A stretch of 64,000 nucleotides of DNA from positions 100,750,001 through 100,814,000 of the forward strand of contig OZ024742.1 of NCBI GenBank assembly GCA_964016885.1, read 5' to 3'. The notes below the pieces were generated by a model. That model ran no database searches. It saw only the letters and a list, made by a program, of their open reading frames with translations, and was not told where the DNA came from. Position numbers and translations under genes: made by a program. Shown one piece after another: positions 16,331 through 28,600 of this stretch. Position 1 is the first letter of the stretch. Every line of letters starts with the position of its first letter. Source of the DNA: Eledone cirrhosa (taxonomy: Eukaryota).

Positions 16331-16819
16331 TTCCATTATACCTTTCCATTATCATCTATCTCACTGCTCCACTTTCTGCCACCATCTCACCTCCATCACT
16401 GTCTCTTCCATCATACACTCATCCTGATTCTTTATCATTGCCCACTTTTCTTTTCTCCCTTGAGTTGATGTTTCTTTGAACGAATGGAGACAGACACTGT
16501 GTACTCTTTAATCATTTAAGAAACAAGGTAAACCTACTTGTGCTGGGGACATAATAATATGCACTCAGAGCACTCTGTATAGAGAGTGGTGTTAGGAAGA
16601 ACATTCAGCTGTAAAAACCATGTAAAATATGGAACATTCATACTACATTGATCAGTCTAGGAAGACAGTAATTCTAAACAAGAAATGATTTACGCAGAGA
16701 CAACTTATCAACAGCTTATCAACTCATGCCAGCATGGAAAATGAATGTAAAACACACATACAAATAGAAATAAAACTTATACCCACATTAAGCTTATACA
16801 CACATCAAACATGTATACA

Positions 16820-16915
16820 TATTAAAGGTATGAGTGGTCGGTTACAGCTGGTTTGAACAGAAAGAGGTGAGAGAATTCTGGCCAGATATGGCCGGTTTAA
16901 ATGCTAAAGAATTAA
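16820..16915 (-). mobile_element. Partial copy of the piggyBac-like MITE seen at 30695
   Basis: Reverse complement matches ...TTTAGCATTTAAACCGGCCA...TTCTGTTCAAACCAG of 30695-30770. Confidence 0.45.
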
Positions 16916-17089
16916 ACTTATATACACATTAACCTTTTCCTTACCATAGTTCTAATGAAATATATTGCCGATGTGTTGCAAAATCTCCTGAATATAATCA
17001 AATATTTGGAAGAATTTAATGAAATAAATAACTCCTTCATTAATAAACTGATATTTAGAAGATTACTTAACAATCATACTTTACATCAT

Positions 17090-17225
17090 TTAGAACATTA
17101 GTTTACAGACATGGTTAGAATGTCTCAAGAAAGAATCACTGGACAGATTCTATGGGCAAAACCAATCGGCAGGAAACTCAGGGGCAGACTCCAAGCAATA
17201 TGGTTTTATAACATCCGTGAGCTGG
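17090..17225 (+). mobile_element. RTE-type LINE C-terminal fragment
   Basis: Peptide VRMSQERITGQILWAKPIGRKLRGRLQAIW resembles the HVxRM...G.R.RGRP..W motif after the RT thumb in RTE LINEs. Confidence 0.55.
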
Positions 17226-17585
17226 ATCTATATATATTACTCTTATACACACATTTCTCTTATACACATATTACACTTATATACACTCATTAAACATGTA
17301 CATATGGCCTTTGACATTCATACAGACAGAACTAACTCAGACGAAGAAGCTATTGAGAAAAATGAAGATTTATTTTTAAATGTCCTGTAAATGCTACCAC
17401 TGGGCAATGGCAGACCAGTGTTTTGATCTCTTGTAATGACTGTTACATTGTGACATTATCAGGTTAGTGATAGCCACATACCAAAGATGTTCAGGAAGGG
17501 AATGGAATGTCTGCTTCTGCTATGTTTCATAATTGCTAATTGCTAAAGAAAGGCTCTTTTGTATATGTGTAACTGACTATATGTT

Positions 17586-17618
<33 letters not shown>

Positions 17619-17718
17619 AGATAGTTGCATGTGTGTAGACACACATAAACATATATTTACATAGAGAAATCCACCCATCTTGTGTGTGTATATATATATA
17701 TAAAGGCTAAATAGTGAG

Positions 17719-17759
17719 TCTTGTTACTCGGGAGTTTATCACAGGGTCATCAGACAAGA
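17719..17759 (-). ncRNA. Hammerhead ribozyme motif, degenerate (3' arm of stem II deleted)
   Basis: Minus strand: TCTTGT CTGATGA CCCTGTGATAA ACTC CC GAGT A ACAAGA. It has a 6-bp stem I, stem III ACTC/GAGT and a GUA site. Same family as 35791 and 19418. Confidence 0.6.
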
Positions 17760-18141
17760 ACTAACGTTTCAATAGCAGACACAGTATAAATAAGGAAGAC
17801 TCAACATGGGGGAGGGGTATTTAATTGAAGAGGGGTAATTAAGATAGGGTGGATAGGGTGATGGTGGCAGTGGGGGAGGATAGGGATGTGTGAAACAAGG
17901 TGATAATGGATGGTAGTGATCATAGCCATGGAATTTTAACTGGTCAGTGGGAGCCAGATGATGAATGTGAAGGTGGGTATATAGGGGGTATTTTAAAATG
18001 GTTGGTGGGATTGGCAGGATAAAGTGGTGGATAGAATAAACATATGTATACAATTACACATGTATATAAACATACATATACACACAAGCACATCTACACA
18101 TACAAACACTTAAATCACATATATATATAAATAAATATATA

Positions 18142-18311
18142 TGGTGAAATTCCATTATAACGAAATTCACAGGGTATTAAAAGAATTCTTTATAACAAGA
18201 TCGATGGAAACAAATCAAGCATTTGTTTGTTATTACCTTGGGGATTGAAAAAAACTTTGTTATACTGAAAAATTTGTTACAATAGTATTTGTTATAACGG
18301 AATTTTACCTG
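18142..18311. mobile_element. Tc1/mariner superfamily (pogo/Tigger-like) MITE
   Basis: Imperfect TIRs GGTGAAATTCCATTATAACGAA / TTTGTTATAACGGAATTTTACCTG, internal TTATAAC sub-repeats, flanked by TA. Confidence 0.65.
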
Positions 18312-18602
18312 TATATACATACACACAAACACAACTATACTTATAAAAGATATACAAGGAAAAATATAAAAAATATTTAAAATGTTATAAAAAACTAAAA
18401 ATGTTATAAAAATGTTATAAACATTTTTTTAAATATAAGCAATTTGAAATAAAAGTGTTTTGCTCAAGGATGCAACACATGGCCAGAAATCAAACTCTAG
18501 AACTCAGGATCATAAGCCAAACACCCATTACCAATTAGCTATGCATACATATATATATATATAAATTACAGAATAATCAAAACTATGTTCAAAACATTTT
18601 AT

Positions 18603-18649
18603 TGCTGACAATCGTTTCTTCCAAACTTTCATTTGGAATCATCGGAGCA
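18603..18649 (-). ncRNA. Type I hammerhead ribozyme motif (CCGAUGA core variant)
   Basis: Minus strand: TGCT CCGATGA TTCCAAA-TGAAAG-TTTGGAA GAAAC GATT GTC AGCA, with AATAAA overlapping the 3' end. Lies in a ~520-bp island between TA runs. Confidence 0.75.
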
Positions 18650-19119
18650 CTAGCAAAGTTTAGACATATAATTAACCTCCTATTCCACAGAACAATCGTA
18701 AAAATACATAGATGTTAATGTTGTCATTAACAGTGTCATATTTAAAGAGTGAAGATGATGTGGTCAGTATCAGTGGATGCGACAAAGATTATAAAAGAAT
18801 AATACAAAAATTATAGAGGAATTAAAGAAGAAAGTTACTCGCAAAACGAGGACATTAGCAGTACATATGTAAACGTATAGAAAGAGTGCAGAGGTATTAG
18901 GCATGTACAGAATAACCAGGTAAGAAGCAAGCAATGGTACTAGGCATATATATCACAGTATGGCAAAGGTATCACATAATACAATACAGGTATAAAAGCA
19001 TATTAAGCAGACAGAGATGCTTGTATATGAAAAGCAGTTTCTATTAAGTTTATGGTGGATGTAGTGTGATAATTACATACACAAGCATATATATATATAT
19101 ATTCCCACTGCAAAGTGGT

Positions 19120-19368
19120 TGTGGAGGTGCCACGGCAAAAAAGCACTCAGCCCACACTGTAAAGTGGACATGTAGGTGCCACGGAAAAAAGCACCCAGCA
19201 CTCACTGTAAATGAGGTTGGTGTTAGGAAGGGCATCCAGCTGTAGAAATCAAGCCAGAATCAGTTTCCGTATGAGCAAGGCATGGTCAGCCGACCGACTA
19301 CTGCCCACAACAGGACAACCCGTCTAACCCATGCTAGCGTGGAAGAACGGACGTAAAATGGTGATGAT
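19120..19368 (+). mobile_element. Short 3'-end copy (truncated LINE or derived SINE) of the RTE family at 55-58.5 kb
   Basis: Shares GGTGTTAGGAAGGGCATCC...CCGTCTAACCCATGCTAGCGTGGAA...GATGAT with 58390-58555. Confidence 0.75.
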
Positions 19369-19417
19369 ATATATATAATTATATATCCATTTTATTAAGG
19401 CTAAATAAAATATTTAG

Positions 19418-19458
19418 TCTTGTTATTCTGGAGTTTCGCCTGTTTATTACAGTGTCAT
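19418..19458 (-). ncRNA. 5'-truncated hammerhead motif
   Basis: Minus strand: ATGA CA CTGT-AATAA-ACAG GC GAAAC TC CA GA ATA ACAAGA; the CTG of the core and the 5' strand of stem I are lost. Confidence 0.5.
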
Positions 19459-19537
19459 ATTTAAACTCTACTTCAGTATTGAGCACTCTTTTCTCTCAGT
19501 CATCAACTACATACGACAGATATTATATATATATATC

Positions 19538-20123
19538 ATCACCATCATCATCATCATCATCATCATCGTTTAACGTCCATGTTCCACGCTTGCATGGGTT
19601 TGGATGGGGGGTTTTCCCACTTGAGGCAAGAGTGATTCTCTTGCTCGCATAGGACTGTCTGGCGGGTTTTCTACAGCTGGATGCCCTTCCTAACACCAAC
19701 CACATTTACAGTGTGGGGCTGGGAGGTTTTTTACCGTGTTGCCTACACGACCACATTACAGCATGGATTGTCTGGCGGGTTTTCTACAGCTGGATGCCCT
19801 TCCTAACACCAACCACATTTACAGTGTGGGGCTGGGAGGTTTTTACCGTGTTGCCTACACGGCCACATTACAGCGTGGACTGTGTGTTTTTTTGTCGTGA
19901 CACCTACACGATCTCATTTGTTTCGGCCTGGATGGTGTGGCACCAACATAACTTTACATTGAAAGGGGCGGTGTGGATGGGGTGGGGGTGGTGGGACGGG
20001 GGTGTATTTTGTTAGAGATGCCTACTGACTGTAGTAGGTTTTACTTTGTATTTAGGTAAGGCGGGTCTTCTCTATTACTGAGTACCGGCAAAGGTCTCGG
20101 TCCAGTGACATTGTCTTGGAGAG
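19538..20123 (-). mobile_element. 5'-truncated RTE LINE (ORF end, 3' UTR and (GAT)n tail) with an internal ~114-bp tandem duplication
   Basis: Reverse complement is colinear with 58115-58555; segment 19652-19765 is repeated at ~19766-19878. Confidence 0.85.
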
Positions 20124-20505
20124 GAATCAGTGATGCATCAAAACACAATTTATTAACATATAACATGTTTTTCCGATGATCAGCTCAAGGCAGGATCTGT
20201 TACAGATCGAACCTGACTCTGCATTCGTAAGTTCCTGAGATATGTTTTGCGCTTTCAAAGCATTTATTGCAATCATACAACAACCATATATATATATATA
20301 TATATATATATATCATCAGCATTTTTACATTTATTTTTTATGCTGACATGAATCAGCTAGGACTTCCTGAGGTAATTTTTAACAGCCAGATACTCTTCCT
20401 GATGCCAACCCCTTTATTGACTACCTTTATAAGAAAAAGAACTCAATACATTATAACATACATTAGTTTTCACACACATACACAAGATCACTATGGATAC
20501 ACTTC

Positions 20506-20539
<34 letters not shown>

Positions 20540-21289
20540 TTTTAAGTTTGTTTTCCCTGCTTCCTAACAGAGCTAATGAAACAGTATTGAGTAAAGATAT
20601 CCATTGGCATAAATAATTAAGGAATATTGAGAGAAAATTATCAATTAAAAGGATGTAATTAAATAGATTGGAAAGTATTCATTAAAGTTATTTGTAGAAA
20701 CTCAAATATTAATTAAGAGGTTTACTTTAAGTTAAATTATTGTATCAAGATGAAATATTGGAAATTTACTTAAGCTATACTTGCTAAATCAATACCTTCC
20801 AATATTTTAATATCATATAATAATAAGTTAACTTTAGATTTTTATTGTTTAGTCAGGGAGAGGCCAATGTCCAGGATCCTTTACTAGACCTCCAGCAGTG
20901 ATGGGTTGGATGGATAGATACATCCTTAAATTGGAAACATGACCCAAATGATTGTAACAGAGTGAACTCTGTTAAATGCATGCAGCCAAGGACCTGGTGT
21001 TGATGGTGTTAAAAAGAGTGACAGATTAAATCTACCACCCAAGTAAACTACAGCAGGATTTAAACTCAGGGTGCATAGAGCCAGGCATCTAATCCAACAC
21101 TAACAATTCTATTAATTCCCCACCCTAGACTGGTATCTTATTTTATCTTATTGAGAGAATGAATAGTAAAGTTGATCTCTGATTCTGAAGAGTTAGAACA
21201 AATTCTGCAAGGCATCACATCTGGAGCTCTAATGATTCCTCCAGTCCACCACCATAGACTGCTACTTAATTTATTGATCTTGAAAGGTG

Positions 21290-21530
21290 CCACAAAAAAG
21301 TACCTAATCAACTCTTTCAGGTTATAATGGTGGTACCAAAAGAAAACAAACTCGGTATACACAATGAAGCGGTTGGCATTAGGAAGGGCACCCAGCCATT
21401 GAACCATGCCAAAATGGAACATATGAGCAAGACATAGTTGTCTTACCTGCCAGTCTAACCTCGGAATGGGACAACTTGTCTAACCCATACAAGCATGGAA
21501 AATAGATGTAAAATTGTGATGATGATGATA
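21290..21530 (+). mobile_element. Diverged RTE 3'-end copy
   Basis: GGCATTAGGAAGGGCACCCAGCC...TCTAACCCATACAAGCATGGAAAA...GATGATGAT. Confidence 0.65.
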
Positions 21531-22399
21531 ACGATTGAAAGATGAAAGACAAAGTTAACCTTTTAGCAGGATTGGAACCCAAAACACAAGATGTCTGAAT
21601 AGATACTACAAAGCATTTCATCCGACACTTTAACAACTCTAACAATTTCCTGTATAACTTAAAGTAAATTAATTAATATTTGTTTGTTTTTCCCTCAAAT
21701 AACTTCAATCAACACTGTCCAATCTATTTATTTACACAATTTAAATTTATAACTTTCTCCCAACATCTCCTAATCATTAATGTCATCTTAAATATCTTAA
21801 ACACCCAATACTGTTTCATTAGCTCTTTAACGATACATACATAATCAACTTTATATTAATTGATATTTATTCACTGTTATACAAATATGTTATTTTGTCT
21901 GGTAAAATCTCTTTTAATGTTATTTTGATAAGTTATGCCTCCTGAACTACACAGCTTAATGACGTCTTTTCTGAACACTCCCATCACTATTTATATATCT
22001 TACTTTTCAAAATGATTCACAATATATGCACCACACTATCTCCCTTAACAACAACAACACTGTTTTATTATGATTTTCCCTACTAAAGTAAGGGTACAAC
22101 TTGCAGGATCCAATGATGTACCTCATACATATCATTGGCTTTTCAGGCAATGTTTTACAGCCCAATGCCTTACCTAGCGCCAACCTTTTTAGTCACCTCT
22201 TATAACACACAGGGATGTTGTGTACTTGTTTAAAATTGGACACAAAATATCTCCCCTGAATTCTTCCATATATGGTAAATAATTTTTATCCATTCCAGCT
22301 CTCTGTGCTTTGAGTTCAAATCCCATCAAGGACAACTTTACTTTTCATCATTTCAATGTTGATTAATAAAGTACCAGTTGATTCTTATCCCTCCTCCCT

Positions 22400-22446
<47 letters not shown>

Positions 22447-22708
22447 AAACAAAAGCTGGTTGTGTTCAAGCTTGGAGAAGGATGAGCTACACCAGGCTTA
22501 AATATCACTACAGTTCTTCCTATGACTCCATCAGGTGTTAAAGGTCTATGTCATGGCATATAAAATCAGTTTATTGCAGTTAATGCAGACATAAGACATG
22601 TTCAGCACTCAATGAAATAATTTGATTACAAGGTGAAGTGGTGCTAACTTGGGGAACAGTTACTCATTTCTTCTGAAATGTAGGAACAGGTTTGGTTTAT
22701 ACATATAT

Positions 22709-23055
22709 CATCATCACTGTTTAACATCCATTTTTTTACACTAGCATGGGTTAGACAAGTTATCCCATTGTGAGACAAGCCAGATCAGATGACTGTGTCT
22801 TGCTCATACAGAATTGATTTTGGTTTGGTTTGTATGGCTAGGTGCCATTCCTAATGCCAATCACATTTACAGTGTGTACTGGGTGTTTTTTATCATGGCA
22901 CCAAAATGATCACTTTATTGTGTGGACTGGGCGTTTTTTTTTTGCCATGACATCTACAAAACCACTTTACAGGGTGGACTGGGCGTTTTTTGCCATGACA
23001 CCTAAACAAACACTTTACAATATGAACTGGGCGCTTTTCTTCGTGACACCAACAT
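22709..23055 (-). mobile_element. Diverged RTE 3'-end copy with internal ~58-bp repeats
   Basis: CATCATC...AACATCC...CTAGCATGGGTTAGAC...TTCCTAATGCCAA; repeated GGACTGGGCGTTTTT units. Confidence 0.65.
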
Positions 23056-23232
23056 ATATATAAGGATAAGTGTGACTGTGTCTATATTCTGTAACCTAGC
23101 TCTTTGACAAAAAGAGATTGATAATGCATGTATCAGATTTGAAAAAATATGAACGGCTAAATCTCTTGAAGGTGATATATCATCACAGTCCAATGACTTT
23201 AAAAAGTAAAAGAATGTGTATATATATATATA

Positions 23233-23412
23233 TCATCATCATCATCATCGTTTAACATCTATCTTCCATGCTAGCATGGGTTAAATGGGAGTTGCCCCAC
23301 TTGAGGCAAGATTTGGGCCGGTGACCGTGTCTCGCTCGTATAGGACTATCTGGCAGGTTTTCTACGGCTAGATGCCCTTCCTAGCACCAACCACATTTAC
23401 AGTGTGGACTTG
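23233..23412 (-). mobile_element. RTE 3'-end copy
   Basis: (CAT)n CGTTTAACATC...CATGCTAGCATGGGTT...GATGCCCTTCCTAGCACCAACC matches the reverse complement of 58380-58555. Confidence 0.75.
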
Positions 23413-23648
23413 CTTATTATATATAATAATTATAATATGATTATTATATATATATATATATATATATAATAATCATTATCATCATCATCATAATTTTACA
23501 GTCCCCTTCCATGGTGATGCTTTGGATGGGTTGAGACTAAACCGATTGGAGAGACCTTTTTCTTGCTATGTTCCATATTTGACGTAGCTTCTACAGCTGA
23601 ATGCCTAATGCAGAGTGTACTGGGTGCATTTCATCATGCCACCATCAC

Positions 23649-23695
<47 letters not shown>

Positions 23696-24136
23696 CGCAC
23701 GCGCATGTGTGTGTTCATCAGTAAAATTTATAGATAATCTCTATGCACTTAACAACTGGCTCAACTGAAGTTTGATTGTTTGATTTATATTAATAGGGAG
23801 TTGTACTTGATGCACTCATTACTCTGCAGCAACTGCATGTAGGATATTAGGATTGTTTGGCTATTGTCATTGTAGATGAGATTATAGTCAGGGAGACAAA
23901 TAGGCAAATAGACAGAGATACAAACAGATTGACAGTGATAAGAGGAAGAAGAAATAGACAGAGAGAGTCAGGGAGAGAGATGGACAGAGAGTCGGTGAGA
24001 GAGACATTGAGAGAAAGATGTTGAGAGAGAGAGAGAGAGATGGATTATTAAGGTAATGTTTCTAGTTTTCAGCCCAGTCATATGACAGTGATTGTGGGCA
24101 TGGGAACTGGAGGTTTCCTTGGCCTTTCAGAATGTG

Positions 24137-24187
<51 letters not shown>

Positions 24188-24295
24188 GATAGATAGATAG
24201 TCTGATGGGTAGAGAGTGACAGAAATAGACAAGTTAATAGATAGTGAGATATGTTTATAAACATACATACATACATAAATACATACATACATACA

Positions 24296-24828
24296 TGATG
24301 GCTGCCCCTCATTATCGAGTATGGCCATTGCATAATAAAATAATTTTTTTTTTTTTAAATACACACAACACACATACATATATATTAATAATTAACGGTG
24401 CTGTGATCGAATGTGGCTTTTTAGCCCAGCCAATGATCTAAAATGTCTTGCACAGAGTTGGCAACCATGATAAAAGCATTCACTGGCAATAGCCAGCTGT
24501 GGCTGGTCTTCATGTACTTTTGCATGTCGTTTGAGCCCTCCTGCTGATCTACACTCTTTTCCACATGCTTGACAGGTATAATGAGTAGCATCTCCAACAG
24601 CAGCCTGGTAGTCAATCACTGGTCTCACTTTATGACTGAGAAGATGACCTTTGAGTCCAGCTTTGCTGAGGCAGAGTCTTGCATAGATGCTGCATTTCAG
24701 TGCCATAGGAGTACCTTTGCTGTCTGGAAATGTAACAGCAATGCCTCTCCTGACATCTATTTTTACTTTCTCGTATGCGATTCAAGATGCTTCAAAAGCA
24801 ACTTTCCCCTCATGTACAGTCTTTCTCC
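24296..24828 (-). mobile_element. 3' fragment of a LINE (RTE-like) encoding three C-terminal C2H2 zinc fingers, (ATGT)n tail
   Basis: ORF 24392-24706: CSIY..LSKAGLKGHLLSH, CQAC..RSAGGLKRHAKVH, CQLC..RSLAGLKSHIRSQH. This is the 'GLxSH' finger typical of RTE ORF ends, and it ends in a TACA microsatellite. Confidence 0.7.
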
Positions 24829-24844
24829 ATACATACATACATAC

Positions 24845-25258
24845 ATGGTGGCTGCCAACTCGTTTTCGAGTACGGCCACTACTTTATATCCATGTAGGAG
24901 AACTCCTACCGATGCGCTGAACGAGTGTGACTTTTTAGTCCAGCCAGCGACTTGAAAACTCTGGTACAAACACTACACTTGTGACAATTATTGACACATA
25001 GTGCTGGGCCCATGGTACCATGTGACGACAAGTGCAGAGAGATCTCCAGATATAAAGCAATGCCTGTGTCGTGAAGCTTTTATAGTGAGCAAAGGCACGG
25101 CACAAAGCCAGTCCCACTCTCTTAACCAAGATGATATTTACCAAAAAGAAGAACAAGTTAACATCATTGGATACCATCAGAGTTGCAGGTGTTATATCAG
25201 AGTTTTCCTTCTCCTAGAATTCTGCCTTGACAAAGGCTAAGGGGTCACCTCTCCCGGA
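24845..25258 (-). mobile_element. Related zinc-finger LINE 3' end (second subfamily), (ATGT)n tail
   Basis: Encodes CSVCTRVFKSLAGLKSHTRSAHR*; near-identical to 25302-25457 and 35432-35714. Confidence 0.7.
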
Positions 25259-25301
25259 TATATATATACATACATACATACATACACATATATATATATA
25301 C

Positions 25302-25457
25302 ATGGTGGCTGCCAACTCGTTTTCGAGTACGGCCACTACTTTATATCCATGTAGGAGAACCCCTACCGATGCGCTGAATGAGTGTGACTTTTTAGTCCAG
25401 CCAGCGACTTGAAAACTCTGGTACAAACACTACACTTGTTACAATTATTGACACATA
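25302..25457 (-). mobile_element. Shorter copy of the same zinc-finger LINE 3' end
   Basis: Near-identical to 24845-25000. Confidence 0.75.
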
Positions 25458-25592
25458 CATACATACATATATACGCACTCACACACACATGCATATATAT
25501 ATATATAATGAAGGAAGTGTGGTAAGGAACCAGATGGACCATAACGCACCAGAGTACTCAATACTTAAGGTAGTAGAGTGGTTAATATGTAT

Positions 25593-25636
<44 letters not shown>

Positions 25637-26020
25637 TATTATATATATATGATATATATATGTGTGTGTGTATATAGTTTAAACAGCTATACATATATAT
25701 ACATACATAGAAAATATTTTTTTAGGAAGGGATTGTTAGGCTGGATACTTTCTATGGACTGAGACTTTATTAGGATTACTTTATATATGGTTTCCTCCTT
25801 GTTCCTGAAGTAAGAATATAAATAGTGGTGATGGGGCGGCGGCGGTGGTGGTGGAGTGGGGTTGTGGTGGTGGATACGGCGATGGTGTGTGTGGGGGGCG
25901 GGCAGCGGCGGCAGGTGTAGGGTAGATGAAAAAAAAGCCAGGATTATTCCAAATACTTGTGTTGTTCTAGATCAGGCAAGTGTCGGCTCAACTAGGAGTT
26001 GAAAACTGGCTCCCTTTGTC

Positions 26021-26052
<32 letters not shown>

Positions 26053-26679
26053 AACCATCATCTGCTATATCTGTTCTTTCTTCTATTTAACACATTCTTT
26101 ATCAATATTATTATTGGTTTCATATTTGTTATTCTCTGTTTGCTTCAGTTACTTAATTAAACACACACCCAAGTGTTTGTATGGGACTCTGTGTGTGTGT
26201 GTGTTTGCTCATGCATGCATTCGCTCTCACAGACACACACATACACATATACACTCACATGAACACACACATATATAAATACACATACATCTATATTTAT
26301 ACTGATTCACATGTATAGATATAAGTATACACATACACACATCATCATTATTGTCATCATTTAATGTTCTTTTTCCCTGCTAGCAAGGGTTGGATATTTA
26401 TATATATATATATAAGAGAAAGAGAGAGATTTATATACACACACACATATATATATATACATTCATAAATATACACTCATACATATAGTACCTACATAGA
26501 CAGCACATAGTGCCCATAGGATCATTTAAGTGTAAGTTCTACAAGCCTAGTTAAGATGTAAAGGATTTATGTATATGTTTGTATGTGAATGTACATTCAC
26601 ATACACATGCACACACACACACATATATATACGTATATATATATATATATATATGCATGTATGTGTGCATATGTACATG

Positions 26680-26772
<93 letters not shown>

Positions 26773-26776
<4 letters not shown>

Positions 26777-26898
26777 TATAGATGAGATTCTACAGGACTA
26801 GAACTGTTTCATTCTTTAGAAATCATCAGGAAGCCAGATTCCTGATGATTTCTAAAGAATGAAACAGTTCTAGTCCTGTAGAATCTCATCTATATTAA
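26773..26898. repeat. Perfect 60-bp inverted repeat with 6-nt spacer, containing a hammerhead
   Basis: 26773-26832 is the exact reverse complement of 26839-26898; spacer GCCAGA. Confidence 0.95.
26836..26886 (+). ncRNA. Complete type I hammerhead ribozyme motif
   Basis: AGATTC CTGATGA T TTC-TAAA-GAA T GAA ACAG-TTCTAGTC-CTGT A GAATCT. It has a 6-bp stem I, intact CUGAUGA/GAAA core, a 4-bp stem III and a GUA cleavage triplet. Confidence 0.85.
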
Positions 26899-26972
26899 AA
26901 CTTTTTACTCTACTATGTATTGAGTACCTTACTTACTGTGGTTACCCCCAATTCAACCCAGAATAACTTACC

Positions 26973-27009
<37 letters not shown>

Positions 27010-27832
27010 ATATATATGTGTGTATATAAATATATATATATATATATAGATAGATATAAACACACACACATATATCATATGTAAATACACGCATCTAAAT
27101 GTGTGTGAATACTTCTGTACATGTTTAAACCTACCAGAGCAAGATTGTTTTAAGTATATTTAAAACCTTCACTAGATATTCTACTCTGTTGACTCTGAAT
27201 TTATTCCAAATAAGAAACAGCCCAACATTGAAGACATTGTATTGCTCACAACACTGAATATAATACCTTTAGATCTCTTTATCTTTATCTTTCTCTCCCC
27301 CCTCTTTGACAATATATTTAAGTTTGGACTCCCTAACTCTTGATGGAGTTGAGCTGTGGGGGGACACTATCATGGCATACTGTGTCTTTTGGTCATTTTA
27401 AACGTGGCAGAGTTCATTCCATCTCTTCAGCCTATTTTTTTCCAGAAAATTAGAGAGTGTGTGATAGAGAAAGCGACAATGGGAAAAAGATATAATGGAA
27501 GAATGAACTCCAACATTGGTAAAGTTAATTTGAATTCAAAATGGAGAGAGCTGGAATGAATACGACAAAACATGTTATCCAATGTTTGAATGACTCTGCT
27601 CCTTTGCCATCTCTTCCTTCGCAATATGGTGCTTGAAAGACACGTGGGAATGGAAGAAAATGAGGGGCTTGTCTGAATACAGAACAATGTTATTCATCAT
27701 CATCATCAATTTACTTTAGCTTTCCATGCTGCCATGGGTCTGACATGTTTTTCTCATATGTTCCATATATTATGTCATGTTTCTAGATAGTTCCAATAAA
27801 TGGACAAAGCAATGTGAATGAACAAACAGTGA

Positions 27833-28600
27833 TAGAGACTGCCAGACATCAATATAGCCTGCCAGACATCAATATAGCCTGCCAGACATCAATATAGACT
27901 GCCAGGCATCAATATAGACTGCCAGACATCAATATAGACTGCCAGACATCAATATAGACTGCCAGACATCAATATAGACTGCCAGGCATCAATATAGACT
28001 GCCAGACATCAATATAGACTGCCAGACAGCAATATAGACTGCCAGACATCAATATAGACTGCCAGACATCAATATAGACTGCCAGATAGCTATATAGACT
28101 GTCAAACAGCAATATAGACTGCCAGATAGCTATATAGACTGCCAGACATCAATATAGACTGCCAGACATCAATATAGACTGCCAGACATCAATATAGACT
28201 GCCAGATAGCTATATAGACTGACAGACATCAATATAGACTGCCAGACATCAATATAGACTGCCAGGCATCAATATAGACTGCCAGATAGCTATATAGACT
28301 GTCAAACAGCAATATAGACTGCCAGACATCAATATAGACTGCCAGAAAGCAACATAAACTGCCAGATATCAATATAGACTAACTACAATATAGACTGACA
28401 GATATCAATATTGACTGCCAGACAGCAACATAAACTGCCAGGTAGCTATATAGACTGACAGATATCAATATAGACTGACAGATAGCAATATAGTCTGCCA
28501 GATAGCAATATAGACTGACAGACAGCAATATAGTCTGCCAGATAACAATATAGACTGAAAGTCAATAATAAAGACTGTCAAACAATAATAAAGATTGCCA
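27833..28600. repeat. 20-bp minisatellite (ATATAGACTGCCAGACATCA)n
   Basis: Clear 20-nt periodicity that decays distally. Confidence 0.95.

Noticed and set aside
7-16479. Long ORFs of up to 842 aa (SLPLHPTTTV, HHCLSSITPY, GCNGRETVV repeats)
   Set aside because: They arise from a stop-poor 30-bp unit; all three + frames are open and 29-bp units shift frame freely, so there is no sign of coding constraint.
24392-24706. Host C2H2 zinc-finger transcription factor gene
   Set aside because: No TGEKP linkers, GLxSH fingers typical of LINE ORF ends, a microsatellite tail and related truncated copies nearby.
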